A stretch of 62,539 nt of DNA from Eledone cirrhosa. Taxonomy: Eukaryota. Shown piece after piece: positions 44,889-58,394 of this stretch (positions are counted from its first letter, which is position 1; each line of letters opens with the position of its first letter). The notes under the pieces are model-generated. The model saw only the letters and a program-made list of their open reading frames with translations, ran no database searches and had not been told where the DNA came from. The stretch covers positions 1-62,539 of the forward strand of contig CAXHJY010000678.1 of assembly GCA_964016885.1 (NCBI GenBank), read 5' to 3'. The position numbers were made by a program, and so were the translations under genes.

Positions 44889-45127
44889 GTAGGTCTAGAG
44901 ATCGCTACCCGCTTGTTTTCACATCATTCGATCACCAATACATAGCTGTAAACAGTCAATTCATCAGAGCTTGTGAGAATGAAAGGAATATACAGTATGG
45001 CTACTATATATAGTAGTAGGGGCATTCAATTAGAACAATAATGACAAAAAATATAAGAATGTTTAAAATACGAAATCTCGAGACACGCCCAATTAGAGTT
45101 AATGTAATTGATTATATTTATTTTAAT

Positions 45128-45790
45128 TGGTGGTGGTGGTGGTGTTGGTAGTGAGGAGTGGTGACAGTGGTGGTGGTTGTGTGGTGGTGGTGGTTGTGTG
45201 GTGGTGGAGTGGTGAGGGTGGTGGTGGTTGTGTGGTGGTGGAGTGGTGGGAATGGGGAGGGTCGTGATGGTGATGTGTGTGTGGGGGTGGGGGGGGGGGG
45301 GGGGTGGGGGGGGTAGTGAGGTGGTGGAGTGGTGAGATTGGTGGTGGTTGTGTGGTGATGGTTGTGTGGTGGTGGAGTGGTGGAAGGAGGGGGGAGGGGT
45401 AGTGAGGAGTGGTGAGAGTGGTGGTGGTTGTGTGATGGTGGAGTGGTGAGGGTGGTGGAGTTGTGAGGTGGTGGTGGTTGTGTGGTGGTGTAGTGGTGGT
45501 GGTGTGGTGGTGTAGTGGTGGGAGGGTTTTGATGTTGGTGGTGTGTTGAGGGTGGTGGCTATGTGGGGGTGGGGAGTGGTGTGGGTGGTGGGATAGTGGG
45601 GAGTGGGGAGGGTCGTGGTGGAGTAGAGGGGATCGGTGAGGGCGGTGGTGGGTGTGTGATGGTGGAGTAGAGGGGTGTGGTGAGGGTGGCGGCGGTTTTG
45701 TGGTGGCGGTTTTGTGATGGTCGGCTAGTGAGTGTTGAGTGAGGGTGGAGGACTGGTGACGATGGTGGTGTTGGTGGTGGTGGTTTTATA
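45128..45790. repeat. (GGT/GTG)-rich low-complexity tract with poly-G run
   Basis: Direct reading. Confidence 0.9.
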
Positions 45791-45835
45791 ATAGTGGGGC
45801 AGAGGGTAGTGGTGTTAGTTAAGTGTGGAGGATTG

Positions 45836-46225
45836 GTTGTGGTGGTGGTGGTGGTGGTGGTGGTGATGGTTGTCGTGGTGGTCGTGGTGATGTCGATGAT
45901 TTTGATGATCTATTTGACCTCAGTGATGATGACAATAATGATGATGATGATGATGATGGCAGTGATGATGATGATGATGATGATGATGATGGCAGTGATG
46001 ATGCTGATGATGATGCTGATGGCAGAGATGATGAAGGAGATGAAAGTGGGACTAACACTTAATATGTACGATGACAATGATGACGCTGAGAGTCATGATG
46101 CTGAATATGATGTTGACGATGGTGATGATGGTGATGACAGTGATAATAATGATGGTGATGATGACGACGACGACGACGACGATGATGATGATGATGACGA
46201 CAATGATGACGATGATGAAGGAGAT
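45836..46225. repeat. (GGT)n then (GAT/GAC)n trinucleotide tract
   Basis: Direct reading. Confidence 0.9.
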
Positions 46226-46341
46226 GAATGTGGGGGACACAGTTAACACACGTATGTTCTGTTGAGGTAAATACCCACAAGGAACGCCAGGAAGGATGAT
46301 AACCAATTAATCATTTACTTCTAATTATGTGGAATATTTTA

Positions 46342-46812
46342 TAGTAGTAGTAGTAGTAGTGGTGGTGGTGGTGGCAGTGGTAGTGCTGATGGTAGTCGTA
46401 GTAGTTGTGGTAATGGTGGTGCTGATGGTAGTGGTGTTGGTGGTGGTATTAGTAGTAGTAGTGGTGGTTGTGGTGGTAGTAGTGTTAGTAGTAGTAGTAT
46501 TGGTGATAGTAGTGGTACTGTTGGTGGTGGTAGTAATGGTAGTAGTAGTAGTGTTGGTGGTGGTAGTAGTAGTATTGGTGGTGGTAGTAGTGGTGGTGGT
46601 AGTAGTGGTGGTGTTGGTAGTAGTATTAGTAGTAGTAGTAGTAGTAGTAGTAATAGTAGTAGTAGTGGTGGTGGTAGTGGCGGTGGTAGTAGTAGTGGTG
46701 GTGGTAGTAGTGGTAGTAGTATTAGTAGTACTAGTAGTAGTACTAGTAGTAGTACTAGTAGTAGTAGTAGTAGTAGCAGTATTAGTAGCAGTAGTAGTAG
46801 CAGCAGCAGCAG
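46342..46812. repeat. (GTA/GTG)n trinucleotide tract
   Basis: Direct reading. Confidence 0.92.
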
Positions 46813-47249
46813 CTGGTGATGGCGGTGTATATATTCGTATCTATGTATATGTCTGTATTCCATTAAATATTTCTTTCTCGTCTCTGCGTTCTAAGATCCA
46901 CGTTTCGGTGGGCTTTTTTTCATCTTTTCCCGTACAATAAACATTGATAGAAAGAACCATTTGGATGGTTTCTTGGATGTTCCTCTGTATTTCTTGTTAA
47001 ATCTCTATACATTCCTGTTGTTCTTTAAGAATGCCAATTAGATTTATTATATTTGGTTACTTAAGCAAATAGAAAGCCAGACCTTTTTATGACAATGGCA
47101 AGATATGCATAAAACATGAGACGTATGTAGGTTTCAGACACATGTCCTCTCTCTCTCGCACACACACACACGGAAACATAAACACACACACAACGGCGCT
47201 TCATCTCAGGGAAAATACTGCATGACTATGCTAGTACACACACATGCGT

Positions 47250-47285
<36 letters not shown>

Positions 47286-47357
47286 CCGTAGTGGTAGAGC
47301 ACTCAGTCCATGGGACGAGTTAGGTAGAAGTGGTTACACAACAGTTAGTTCACCATA

Positions 47358-47397
47358 CCGAGAACAATTGTTTTACCTTAGCGGATCCTCAGCTCGG
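47358..47397 (-). ncRNA. Hammerhead motif (family D) with G12A-type mutation
   Basis: CCGAG CTGAGGA TCCGCTAAGGT AAAA CAATTG TT CTCGG. Confidence 0.65.
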
Positions 47398-48505
47398 AAT
47401 GAGCATGGTTATAGGAACAGAAAGGACAACCGTACGAACGCGCATGCGCAGAAACCCGGTCAGTTCACACAGGCAATACTAGAATGCTTGCGACAGTGTA
47501 AGGGAGATAACTGCGAAAATCCGAAAAGTTTTTAGTTGAAAAAAATTTAAAAAGAATAAGTTCGGATCTTTGTAGTTATGCAATTGGTGTTTAGCGACGT
47601 GTAGACAACGTGTGAAAAATTCATTTCTCGCGTTTAGGCAATCACTATTGCATAATCTCTTTAGAATAGTTATTCGTTCGTCAATACATAAGCCACACGT
47701 CGGATTTCCCCTTGCGTATGGCTTGGACTTAGTGATGGCTTTCCATTGAATGGAGTAGTCTATAATTGAGTCCTTGAGGGACCATACGTGGCTGGCGACT
47801 TTCGTAACAAGACACAAAGTTAAACTAGGATACACCTGCGCTAAGATCATGAAGGGCCACATCACCAGCAGCCCTAGGAGCAGCACCCCACCAGGGTGCT
47901 CGTGCCGTAAACCTGAAGCATGCCCCCTTCAACAGCAATGCAACACACCAGCTCTAATTTATGAAGCTGTGGTCACTTCCAACCGACCAAACGAACCACA
48001 GGACGTCAAATCCTATGCTGGCATGGCGGAGGGCCTATTTAAGGAACGTTTCCTGGACCACCAGTCTACCTTCAGGTACTTGGACAGACGTTCATCCACG
48101 AAACTCGCCAGACACGTATGGTCCCTCAAGGACTCAAGTATAGACTACTCCATTCAATGGAAAGCCATCACTAAGTCCAAGCCATACGCAAGGGGAAATC
48201 CGACGTGTGGCTTATGTATTGACGAAGAATAACTATTCTAAAGAGATTACGCAATAGTGATTCCCTAATAACGTGAAATGAATTTTTCACACGTTGTCCA
48301 CACGTCGCCAAACACCTATTGCATAATTACAAGGCTCCGGATTGATTCTTTGTAATTTCTTTTCATCTAAAAACTTTTCGGACTTTCGCAGGTATCTCCC
48401 TAACACCTCTCGCACGCATTCTAGTATTGCCTGTGTGAAGTGACCGGTTTTCTGCATATGCGCGTTCGTACGGTTGTCCTTTCTGTTCCTATAACCATGC
48501 CCATT

Positions 48506-48545
48506 CCGAGCTGCGGATCCACTAATGTGAGACAATTGTTCTCGG
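48506..48545 (+). ncRNA. Hammerhead motif (family D), mutated core
   Basis: CCGAG CTGCGGA TCCACTAATGT GAGA CAATTG TT CTCGG. Confidence 0.6.
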
Positions 48546-48599
48546 TACGGTGAACTAACTGTTGTGTAACCACTTCTGTACATATATCCACACACACAC

Positions 48600-48648
<49 letters not shown>

Positions 48649-48659
48649 TATATATTTTA

Positions 48660-49188
48660 TAGGGCGGGTACAATTCCCGAGATCCATGGACGAGTTCTCT
48701 CCAGCGGTCTCTGTCCCTCATTATCGCTTACATGTCCTGCGTCTCCAACAGACCAGTGTCTGTCCTTAGGGCATCAACATACGTTAACCTTGGTCTTCCT
48801 CTTCCAGTATGTCCATGTAGGGGCTCCCACAGGAGCACTAAGTGCAATGTAAACTACGTATATCGGTGAGCATGTCCAGCTAACCCCAGTCTCCTCTGTG
48901 TAACTTTTGAGCTGACTTTTGTGAGGCTCCCATACAGCTCTGAGTTTTTCATGCTCAGTGTATACTGATTAATGTTCAGAACCATCCTCAGCATTCTCGT
49001 GTAGCACCCATCGACCATCTGAGTGAGTTTCTTGGTCAGTGTCCAAGTTTCAGACCCGTACAGCAGCGCAGACTCCACTACAGCAATGAAGAGACGGATT
49101 TTCAGCTCTTTACAAAGGTCCGACTCCCACACTGATCTCAAGCTGTGGCACGCCGCCCAGGCTTTGCTCTTTCTCTCAACCACATCAT
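48660..49188 (-). mobile_element. RTE-group LINE 3' end (post-RT C-terminus)
   Basis: KIRLFIAVVESALLYGSETWTLTK...DGCYTRMLR...RRLGLAGH...GRGRPRLTYVD...MRDRDRWRELV, then (TA)n. Confidence 0.9.
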
Positions 49189-49670
49189 GGGCACTTTGAA
49201 AGTGAGGACTATTCAGATGCTGGAGCAGAGAGAGGACTTGGCACATCTGTTCGAGGAGAGTGATATACAGATACTTGCGATCCAAGAACACAGGATCCTA
49301 CGCGCTGAGCCCGTGAGGTGTGTGATGATTGGGAAGATGAGCCAGCTCATCACCACATCGGCAGTGAGGAACATGACCAATGTTGGAGTGGGAGGAGTGG
49401 GTTTTGTTTTCAGCACTAAAACCAATCTATTGGTGAGGGAAATAATACCCGTCTCCCCGCGAGTGTTGAGGGTGACCTTCAACTGAAACCCAACGCTGAC
49501 AGTCATCTCAGCCTATAGTCTAACCGAGGGAGTCAGTGATGTATGTGCGGAAGAGTTCCATGAGGAGGTGTGTAGAACTGTCAACACCACACAAGCACTC
49601 AACATCCTGCTTGTTTTGGGGGACTTCAATGCACATCTGAGTAAGGAGGGCAGTAAAGATCCTTGCTGGT
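49183..49670 (+). mobile_element. LINE apurinic-like endonuclease (APE) domain, inverted relative to the adjacent 3' end
   Basis: IMGTLKVRT...IQILAIQEHR...GVGGVGF...TVISAYS...LLVLGDFNAHL, with one in-frame stop. Confidence 0.9.
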
Positions 49671-50130
49671 ACTTAACATTATATATATATATAGTTATAT
49701 ATATATTGACTGAATTTAGTCCTGAAATAGCCGTCGAAACGGCTTGCTCTGCCGTTGGGGTCTTGAACATTTTCCTATTAGCCACTCTACTACTCTAAAT
49801 ATTGAGTACTCTGCTGCGTTACGGTCCACCTAGTTCCTTACCTTACTTCGTTTACTATATATATATACGTATGTATATATATATATATTTATTTGACTGG
49901 AATTGTATATTGAAAGTTATACGAAATTGTCATGTGAATAAAGACAGAGACATAGAGAGAGTGCGTGTGCGTGTACGTACCTTCATAGATACCTAAATAC
50001 ACATACATACTCTCAGTAATGTTTTATTCACTACTGCTTTAAAAGTGTTTCTCGATTTTCGTCATCTAACAGCGTCACGATGGCAGAACCGATTATATAT
50101 ATATATTTACATATAAAAGGGTAAAAGAGA

Positions 50131-50161
<31 letters not shown>

Positions 50162-50195
50162 CTTTTTTGCTACAATATTTTCTATACCTATCATT

Positions 50196-50244
<49 letters not shown>

Positions 50245-50277
50245 TCTTTTACCCTTTTACCTGTTCCAAGGCATCAG

Positions 50278-50327
<50 letters not shown>

Positions 50328-50394
50328 TCCCCACAGATATATAGATACTGTCTTTTACTCTTCTACTTGTTCCAAACCATGAGGATCATACACA

Positions 50395-50413
50395 AACATA
50401 CATACACATACAG

Positions 50414-50455
<42 letters not shown>

Positions 50456-50569
50456 GCAGAAATATATATATATACATATATATATACACGCAGAAATATA
50501 TACACACACACACACACATGCAGAAATATATATATATATATATATACATACATACATACACACGCAGAA

Positions 50570-50600
<31 letters not shown>

Positions 50601-50666
50601 CACACGCAGAAATATATGTGTGTTTGTGTGCGTGTGCGTGTATATATATATATATATGTGTGTATA

Positions 50667-50710
<44 letters not shown>

Positions 50711-50887
50711 TATATATACACATATACACACATATACGTGCACATACATACCTACGCACACACACACACACACATATATATACATACATATACACACATA
50801 TATACACACATACGTGTACATACATACCTACACACATACACATATATATATATATATATATACACATATACGTGCACATACATACCT

Positions 50888-50984
<97 letters not shown>

Positions 50985-51000
50985 AGTGTGTGTGTATACA
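50395..51000. repeat. Compound microsatellite with CACGCAGAAA(TA)n and ATACGTGCACATACATACCTAC repeats
   Basis: Direct reading. Confidence 0.85.
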
Positions 51001-51335
51001 TGTATATATATGTATATTTGTGTAGCGAAGCTTTATAGATTCTATCTGAAATTACAACAGATAGCAACTCTCCAAGAGGATTACTGCGTTTTCTTGTGTA
51101 TTCGGACATTGAAGGATTGAGTGTTTAATATACATGAACTAGAAATTTATGCAGTTGAAGCCAAGAATATCAATACCGACAGAGTCCCGAAAGATCTGTC
51201 AATGTGCTACCAACACTTCCACAAACCTGTAAACCACCAGGTACAGCACGTAATGTTTCAACTAACATATCCACTAAAAGAACGTCCATTTTACACGACC
51301 ACCGCTAATCCCATCACCAGCAAAGTCACCACAGC

Positions 51336-51815
51336 CACTGTAGCTACTGGACTACTATATCTACCATATAAATGTGAATCTCACACAATCATCACAGTCT
51401 ATTTGACTACCACTATGGCCACGACCAGAAACAACCAAAGCCACCACAACCACTGTAGCTACTGGACTACTATATCTACCATATAAATGTGAATCTCACA
51501 ATCATCAAAGTCTATTTGACCACCACTATGGTCACGACCAGTACCACCAACGCCACCACAACCACTGTAGCTACTGGACTACTATATCTACCTTATAAAT
51601 GTGAATCTCACACAATCATCACAGTCTATATGACCATCACTATGGACACGACCAGAAAACAAAAACCACCACAGCTCCCACATATACTGCTGCCACCATA
51701 ACCATCACAAGATCTTCGTCATTCATACAACCACCACCATAACCACCACAAACACCACAGCTCCTACATATACTGCACTCACCATAAATATCACAAGATC
51801 TTCGTCACTCATATA
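51336..51815. repeat. Three ~113-bp tandem units followed by two ~86-bp units
   Basis: CACTGTAGCTACTGGACTACTATATCTACC...GTGAATCTCAC near 51336, 51451 and 51563; ACCACAGCTCC...CAAGATCTTCGTCA twice. Confidence 0.88.
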
Positions 51816-52456
51816 ACACCTCCCTAACCACTGAAGTCAGCAGAAACAGCACAGCCATCACATCCGCAGCATTCACCATTACTACAACAAGACCTCATCA
51901 CTCCTACACAAACATCTCCATAATGACCACAAACACCACAGCCATCACCCTAACTACCACAATACCTTTGTCACTCACACACAACCATCACAACTTCCAT
52001 GACCATCACGAAGGTTAGGGGGGGTGGGTCACATTTACCATCATCATCGCAATCTCCATGAAACGCCACTGTCACTGCAACTGCCATAACTACTATCCAT
52101 CAACAACAAATCCACCACATATAACACAGCAACCACAATCACTACAACAACAACAATGACCATAAACACGAAAACCACGAACACAACGACGCCTGCACCC
52201 ACGAAGACCTTCAGAAACAACACGACAAATAGAAACGCCCCTCCATCACCGATGCATCAATCACAAAACCTAAAGCCACAATAACTCTTACAAACGCCAA
52301 AACACTTACAACAGCGCTCCAGGCACGACAACCCTTACAAACACCAGAACCCTGTCAAACCAACAGAAAACCGTCTATATATACCAGTGATCATCTTGGT
52401 AAGCATTGGATGAGATACATTAAAAGAATGGTCGCACATGTCTAGGTGTTTAACAG

Positions 52457-52494
52457 CCACATAGATATATAACGGGTAAAACTCATCTACACAC

Positions 52495-52529
<35 letters not shown>

Positions 52530-52542
52530 TACATGCACACCT

Positions 52543-52594
<52 letters not shown>

Positions 52595-53031
52595 GATAGA
52601 TGCACACGCACGCATACATACATAGATATATTTATATACACACACGCTTCGATGAACTCACTGCTTACACACGTAGTGCGTATATATATGTTTTTACGTC
52701 TGTAGGTGTACATGTATGTGTGTATATTGTATGTGCATCTTTGTATGGCTGCATATATATATACGTATGTGTGAGTATATATTGTACGTGCATCTATGCG
52801 TGGGTGTATGTATGTATATATATGTGTTGGTGTGTGCATTGAAGCGTGTGTGTATATACATATATGTATGTGTGTATGCGTGCGTGTGCATCTACGTGTG
52901 TATGCGTGCGTGTGTATCTAAGTGTGTGTGGGTGTGTGTGTATGTATATATACATATAAATAGGTGTGTGTGTGTGTGTATGTGTATACATATATATGTA
53001 GATGAGTTTTATGTGTTACATATCTATGTGG
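52457..53031. repeat. Degenerate long inverted repeat (fold-back/MITE-like)
   Basis: CCACATAGATAT...TAAAACTCATCTACA at 52457 is mirrored at 52997-53031; TAGATGCACACGCACGCATACA...ACACACGCTTC near 52596-52650 is mirrored near 52841-52894. Confidence 0.7.
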
Positions 53032-53517
53032 ATATATATATATATATATATACAGAAACACGGAGATGCACACACACACAAACATACACAGGTAGAAGAA
53101 TATATACATACACTCACAGCTTACACACGCGTACACACACACACACCCAATCAAAACCACGTGTACCGTTACGAAATGTTTAATTGACCGATACATTGAG
53201 TCCAAGAACTCGATAACCGAAATGATATATATACGCACACACAAACAAACTCATACACACGTGTAAATATACATATATATATATTCACACACATACATAG
53301 ATACATGCATCCCACATACAGCACATAGGTAGTAACACACACCCACTCATACATATGTATGTGTGTATATATATATACATACATATATACACACACATGC
53401 ATCGTTCTATAGAAGCTCTTTCAATTCCAAACTTTTGGTAGTTTGACCGTATAAGCGTTTCACTATGACATTATATATAATACATATATATACAACAGTT
53501 TTCAGGAATTTAACCAA

Positions 53518-53564
53518 TATATACATATACATACATATATTTATTATATATATATATATATACA

Positions 53565-53607
<43 letters not shown>

Positions 53608-54185
53608 TTTATTATATATATATATATATATATATACATACATATATTTATTATATTTATATACATACATATATTTATTATATATATATATATATATACA
53701 TACATATATTTATTATATATATATATATATATATACATATATTTATTATATATATATATATATATATACATACATATATTTATTATATATATATATATAT
53801 ATACATACATATATTTATTATATATATATATATATATACATACATATATTTATTATATATATATATATATATACATATATTTATTATATATATATATACA
53901 TATATTTATTATATATATATATATATATATACATATATTTATTATATATATATATATATACATATATTTATTATATATATATATATACATATATTTATTA
54001 TATATATATATATATACATATATTTATTATATATATATATATACATACATTTATTATATATATATATATATATATACATATATGTATTATATATATATAT
54101 ATATATATACATATATGTATTATATATATATATATATATACACATATATGTATTATATATATATATATATATATATACATATATT

Positions 54186-54242
<57 letters not shown>

Positions 54243-54821
54243 TTTATTATATATATATATACATATATTTATTATATATATATATACATATATTTATTAT
54301 ATATATAATATATACATATATTTATTATATATATATATATATACATATATTTATTATATATATATATATATATATATACATATATTTATTATATATATAT
54401 ATATATACATATATTTATTATATATATATATATATACATATATTTATTATATATATATATATATACATATATTTATTATATATATATATATATATATATA
54501 CATATATTTATTATATATATATATATACATATATTTATTATATATATATATACATATATTTATTATATATATATATACATATATTTATTATATATATATA
54601 TATATACATATATTTATTATATATATATATATATACATATATTTATTATATATATATATATATATATACATATATTTATTATATATATATATATATACAT
54701 ATATTTATTATATATATATATATATACATATATTTATTATATATATATATATATACATATATTTATTATATATATATATATATATATATACATATATTTA
54801 TTATATATATACACATATATT

Positions 54822-54868
<47 letters not shown>

Positions 54869-54903
54869 TTTATTATATATATATATATATATACACATAT
54901 ATT

Positions 54904-54938
<35 letters not shown>

Positions 54939-54940
54939 TT

Positions 54941-54979
<39 letters not shown>

Positions 54980-55130
54980 TTTATTATATATATATATACA
55001 TATATTTATTATATATATATATACATATATTTATTATATATATATATACATATATTTATTATATATATATACATATATTTATTATATACATACAAGCATA
55101 TTTATATATATACATATATATATATATTTA
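53518..55130. repeat. CATATATTTAT(TA)n compound microsatellite
   Basis: Direct reading. Confidence 0.95.
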
Positions 55131-55276
55131 TATGTGTGTGTATATAAAAATAGATAGATAGATTGATAGATAGGTAGGTGGATAGATTATATATATGTAT
55201 ATATATATATACACATATATATATATATACACATACATACATATATACACATACATACATATATACACATACATAC

Positions 55277-55307
<31 letters not shown>

Positions 55308-55640
55308 ATATATATATATTGTGCTCAGTACTAAAGTTTGCAAATATTGGCTTTTATGCAAATACAAAGACAAAACCGAGCCAAAATGTAAAGTAAAAAA
55401 AAACTCATAAAATAAAATAGATAGATTAAACCAATAAAATAAATTGCTACGAATCTGCATATTGCAAGAGTAAAATGGCGGGTACCGTTTAGAGAATATC
55501 TTCGCTTCTCTACGGTTCTTGCTTGTTCCATGAAAAGTCATACCCTCATTGGAAATAATATGATCAGAGCGGAGTGAAAGACAGGACGAGATAAATTATA
55601 TATATATATACATATATATACATATATATATATGTATACA

Positions 55641-55672
<32 letters not shown>

Positions 55673-55673
55673 C

Positions 55674-55710
<37 letters not shown>

Positions 55711-55711
55711 C

Positions 55712-55762
<51 letters not shown>

Positions 55763-55793
55763 CATATATATATGTATACATATATATACATAC

Positions 55794-55846
<53 letters not shown>

Positions 55847-55847
55847 C

Positions 55848-55878
<31 letters not shown>

Positions 55879-55879
55879 C

Positions 55880-55967
<88 letters not shown>

Positions 55968-55971
55968 GTAT

Positions 55972-56214
55972 ATTTCGTTTCTGAATTTGTTTAGCAAGAT
56001 TCTTTATCTGAAATCGCGTGTTGAAACCGACATTGTTATACTTTGGAGGGTCATGTTGCCAATAAGAAACACACGCAACAGTTGTTTCACTTCAATTTAT
56101 TATATATTTATAAATTCATAAATTTACAAATCTATAAACTTATAAATTTCTGGTTGGTTGGTTGGTTCCACAACCAGATAGTTGTTTATATATATAGTCA
56201 TAGTCCTTTCGTCT
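55972..56214 (-). mobile_element. Solo 3' terminus of the PLE1 family, truncated inside its hammerhead
   Basis: Colinear with 36163-36391; minus strand reads AGAC GAAA GGAC TA TGAC. Confidence 0.82.
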
Positions 56215-56347
56215 ATATACATATATATACATATATAATATATATATGTATACATATATATATATATATGTATACATATATATATATATATATATATATG
56301 TATACATATATATATGTATGTATACATATATATATATATATGTATGT

Positions 56348-56393
<46 letters not shown>

Positions 56394-56438
56394 ACATATA
56401 TATATATATTTATACATATATATATATAATATGTATAC

Positions 56439-56470
<32 letters not shown>

Positions 56471-56574
56471 ATATATATATATTTATACACATATATATAT
56501 ATATATATATGTATACATAAATATATATATATATATATATATATGTATACATATATATATATATATATTTATAC

Positions 56575-56620
<46 letters not shown>

Positions 56621-56686
56621 GTATACATATATATATATACATATATATATATGTATACATATATATATATACATATATATATATGT

Positions 56687-56725
<39 letters not shown>

Positions 56726-56742
56726 TATACATATACATATAT

Positions 56743-56804
56743 ATTCTTTTACTCTTTTACCTGTTTCAGCCATCCGGCTGAGGCCATGCTGGGGGCACCG
56801 CCCT
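56743..56804 (-). mobile_element. SINE 3' tail fragment
   Basis: Reverse complement AAGGGCGGTGCCCCCAGCATGGCC...CTGAAACAGGTAAAAGAGTAAAAGAAT resembles an abundant octopus SINE tail (from recall, not searched). Confidence 0.55.
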
Positions 56805-56928
56805 TGTTGCTACACATTTTATCTCCAGCCTTTTTAGGTATACATATATATATATATGTATACATATATATATGTATACATATATATATAATAACAATAT
56901 ATATATATATTTATACATATATATGTAT

Positions 56929-56985
56929 ATGTAAGTATGTATGTATACGTACATACATATATGTATACAGACGTACAGTAGCATG

Positions 56986-57021
<36 letters not shown>

Positions 57022-57190
57022 TACAGGTACACATACAAATATGCACGCATCAGTTTAGGGGACGCTTATTATAGCGCCCGCTTTGTTCCGTTTGTAAACA
57101 AACTGAACAGCCTGAATTTATGCCGCACGGTGTTAAGGCAACCACGTCACCTTTTTGTTCAACACTGACACAGGAACGATGTACTAGTTT
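56929..57190 (-). mobile_element. Family B partial copy, truncated within the hammerhead
   Basis: Matches 37525-37760; ends ...GAACGATGTACTAGTTT at a (TA)n tract. Confidence 0.8.
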
Positions 57191-57191
57191 T

Positions 57192-57287
<96 letters not shown>

Positions 57288-57291
57288 TATT

Positions 57292-57351
<60 letters not shown>

Positions 57352-57399
57352 TATATATTTATATATATATATATATGTATATATATATACATATATATT

Positions 57400-57431
<32 letters not shown>

Positions 57432-57475
57432 CATATATATTTATATATATATGTATATATATATACATATATATT

Positions 57476-57509
<34 letters not shown>

Positions 57510-57519
57510 CATATATATT

Positions 57520-57555
<36 letters not shown>

Positions 57556-57569
57556 TATACATACATATT

Positions 57570-57606
<37 letters not shown>

Positions 57607-57671
57607 GTATATATATATACATATATATTTATATATATGTATATATATATATATATATATACATACATATT

Positions 57672-57708
<37 letters not shown>

Positions 57709-57933
57709 GTATATATATATACATATATATTTATATATATGTATAGGTACATATATATATATATATACACACATATATATATACACATATATATATATAC
57801 ACAATATATATATATATATACACATATATATATATATATACACATATATATATATATATACACATATATATACACATATATATACTGTATATATGTATAC
57901 GTATTTACATAAACACACGCACACACACACGTG

Positions 57934-58070
<137 letters not shown>

Positions 58071-58394
58071 TATGCGTAAAAATAGTGGCGTGATTTTATA
58101 AAAATTATGAAAATTTTGATCATTAGCTTCCATCTTGTAAGTTTTCCGGCTCAAAGAATTGCTCTTGTTTTTAATGTTGATTTTATTTTCTGTCTGTGAA
58201 AAAGCCACTTTAGAGAAATTTTTAACATGAATTTCATGAATTCTTTGCTAAGAGATCAAATGTCTTTGAGATACAGAAGTGGTTTGTACGTGTGTTTAGA
58301 TGTTATTAGAGAATGGACAACTAAAAATAAACGCCATTATCTGAAGAATGTCGAAAGTCTGAACAATTATGGTAGAGATATACAATGGGGGAGG

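Larger units (their letters stand above)
47286..48577 (+). mobile_element. 5'-truncated Penelope-like element 3 with 480-bp inverted arms (47326-47805 / 48098-48577) and GIY-YIG domain
   Basis: Translation GCSCRKPEACPLQQQC...LIYEAVV...YAGMAEGLFKERFLDH...STKLARHVWSLK...CGLCIDE...LNARNEFFTRCLH; arms are diverged reverse complements; left arm has an extra ~40-nt tail. Confidence 0.9.

Noticed and set aside
44895-44970. Hammerhead on minus strand (CTGATGA...GAAA)
   Set aside because: No stem II closure and no UH cleavage site
45794-46940. Asp-, Val-, Met- or His-rich ORFs
   Set aside because: Trinucleotide repeats open in several frames on both strands
47774-48330. Selenocysteine-encoding (Naiad-type) PLE
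   Set aside because: The visible Cys positions use TGT/TGC codons; no in-frame TGA at those sites and no SECIS identified
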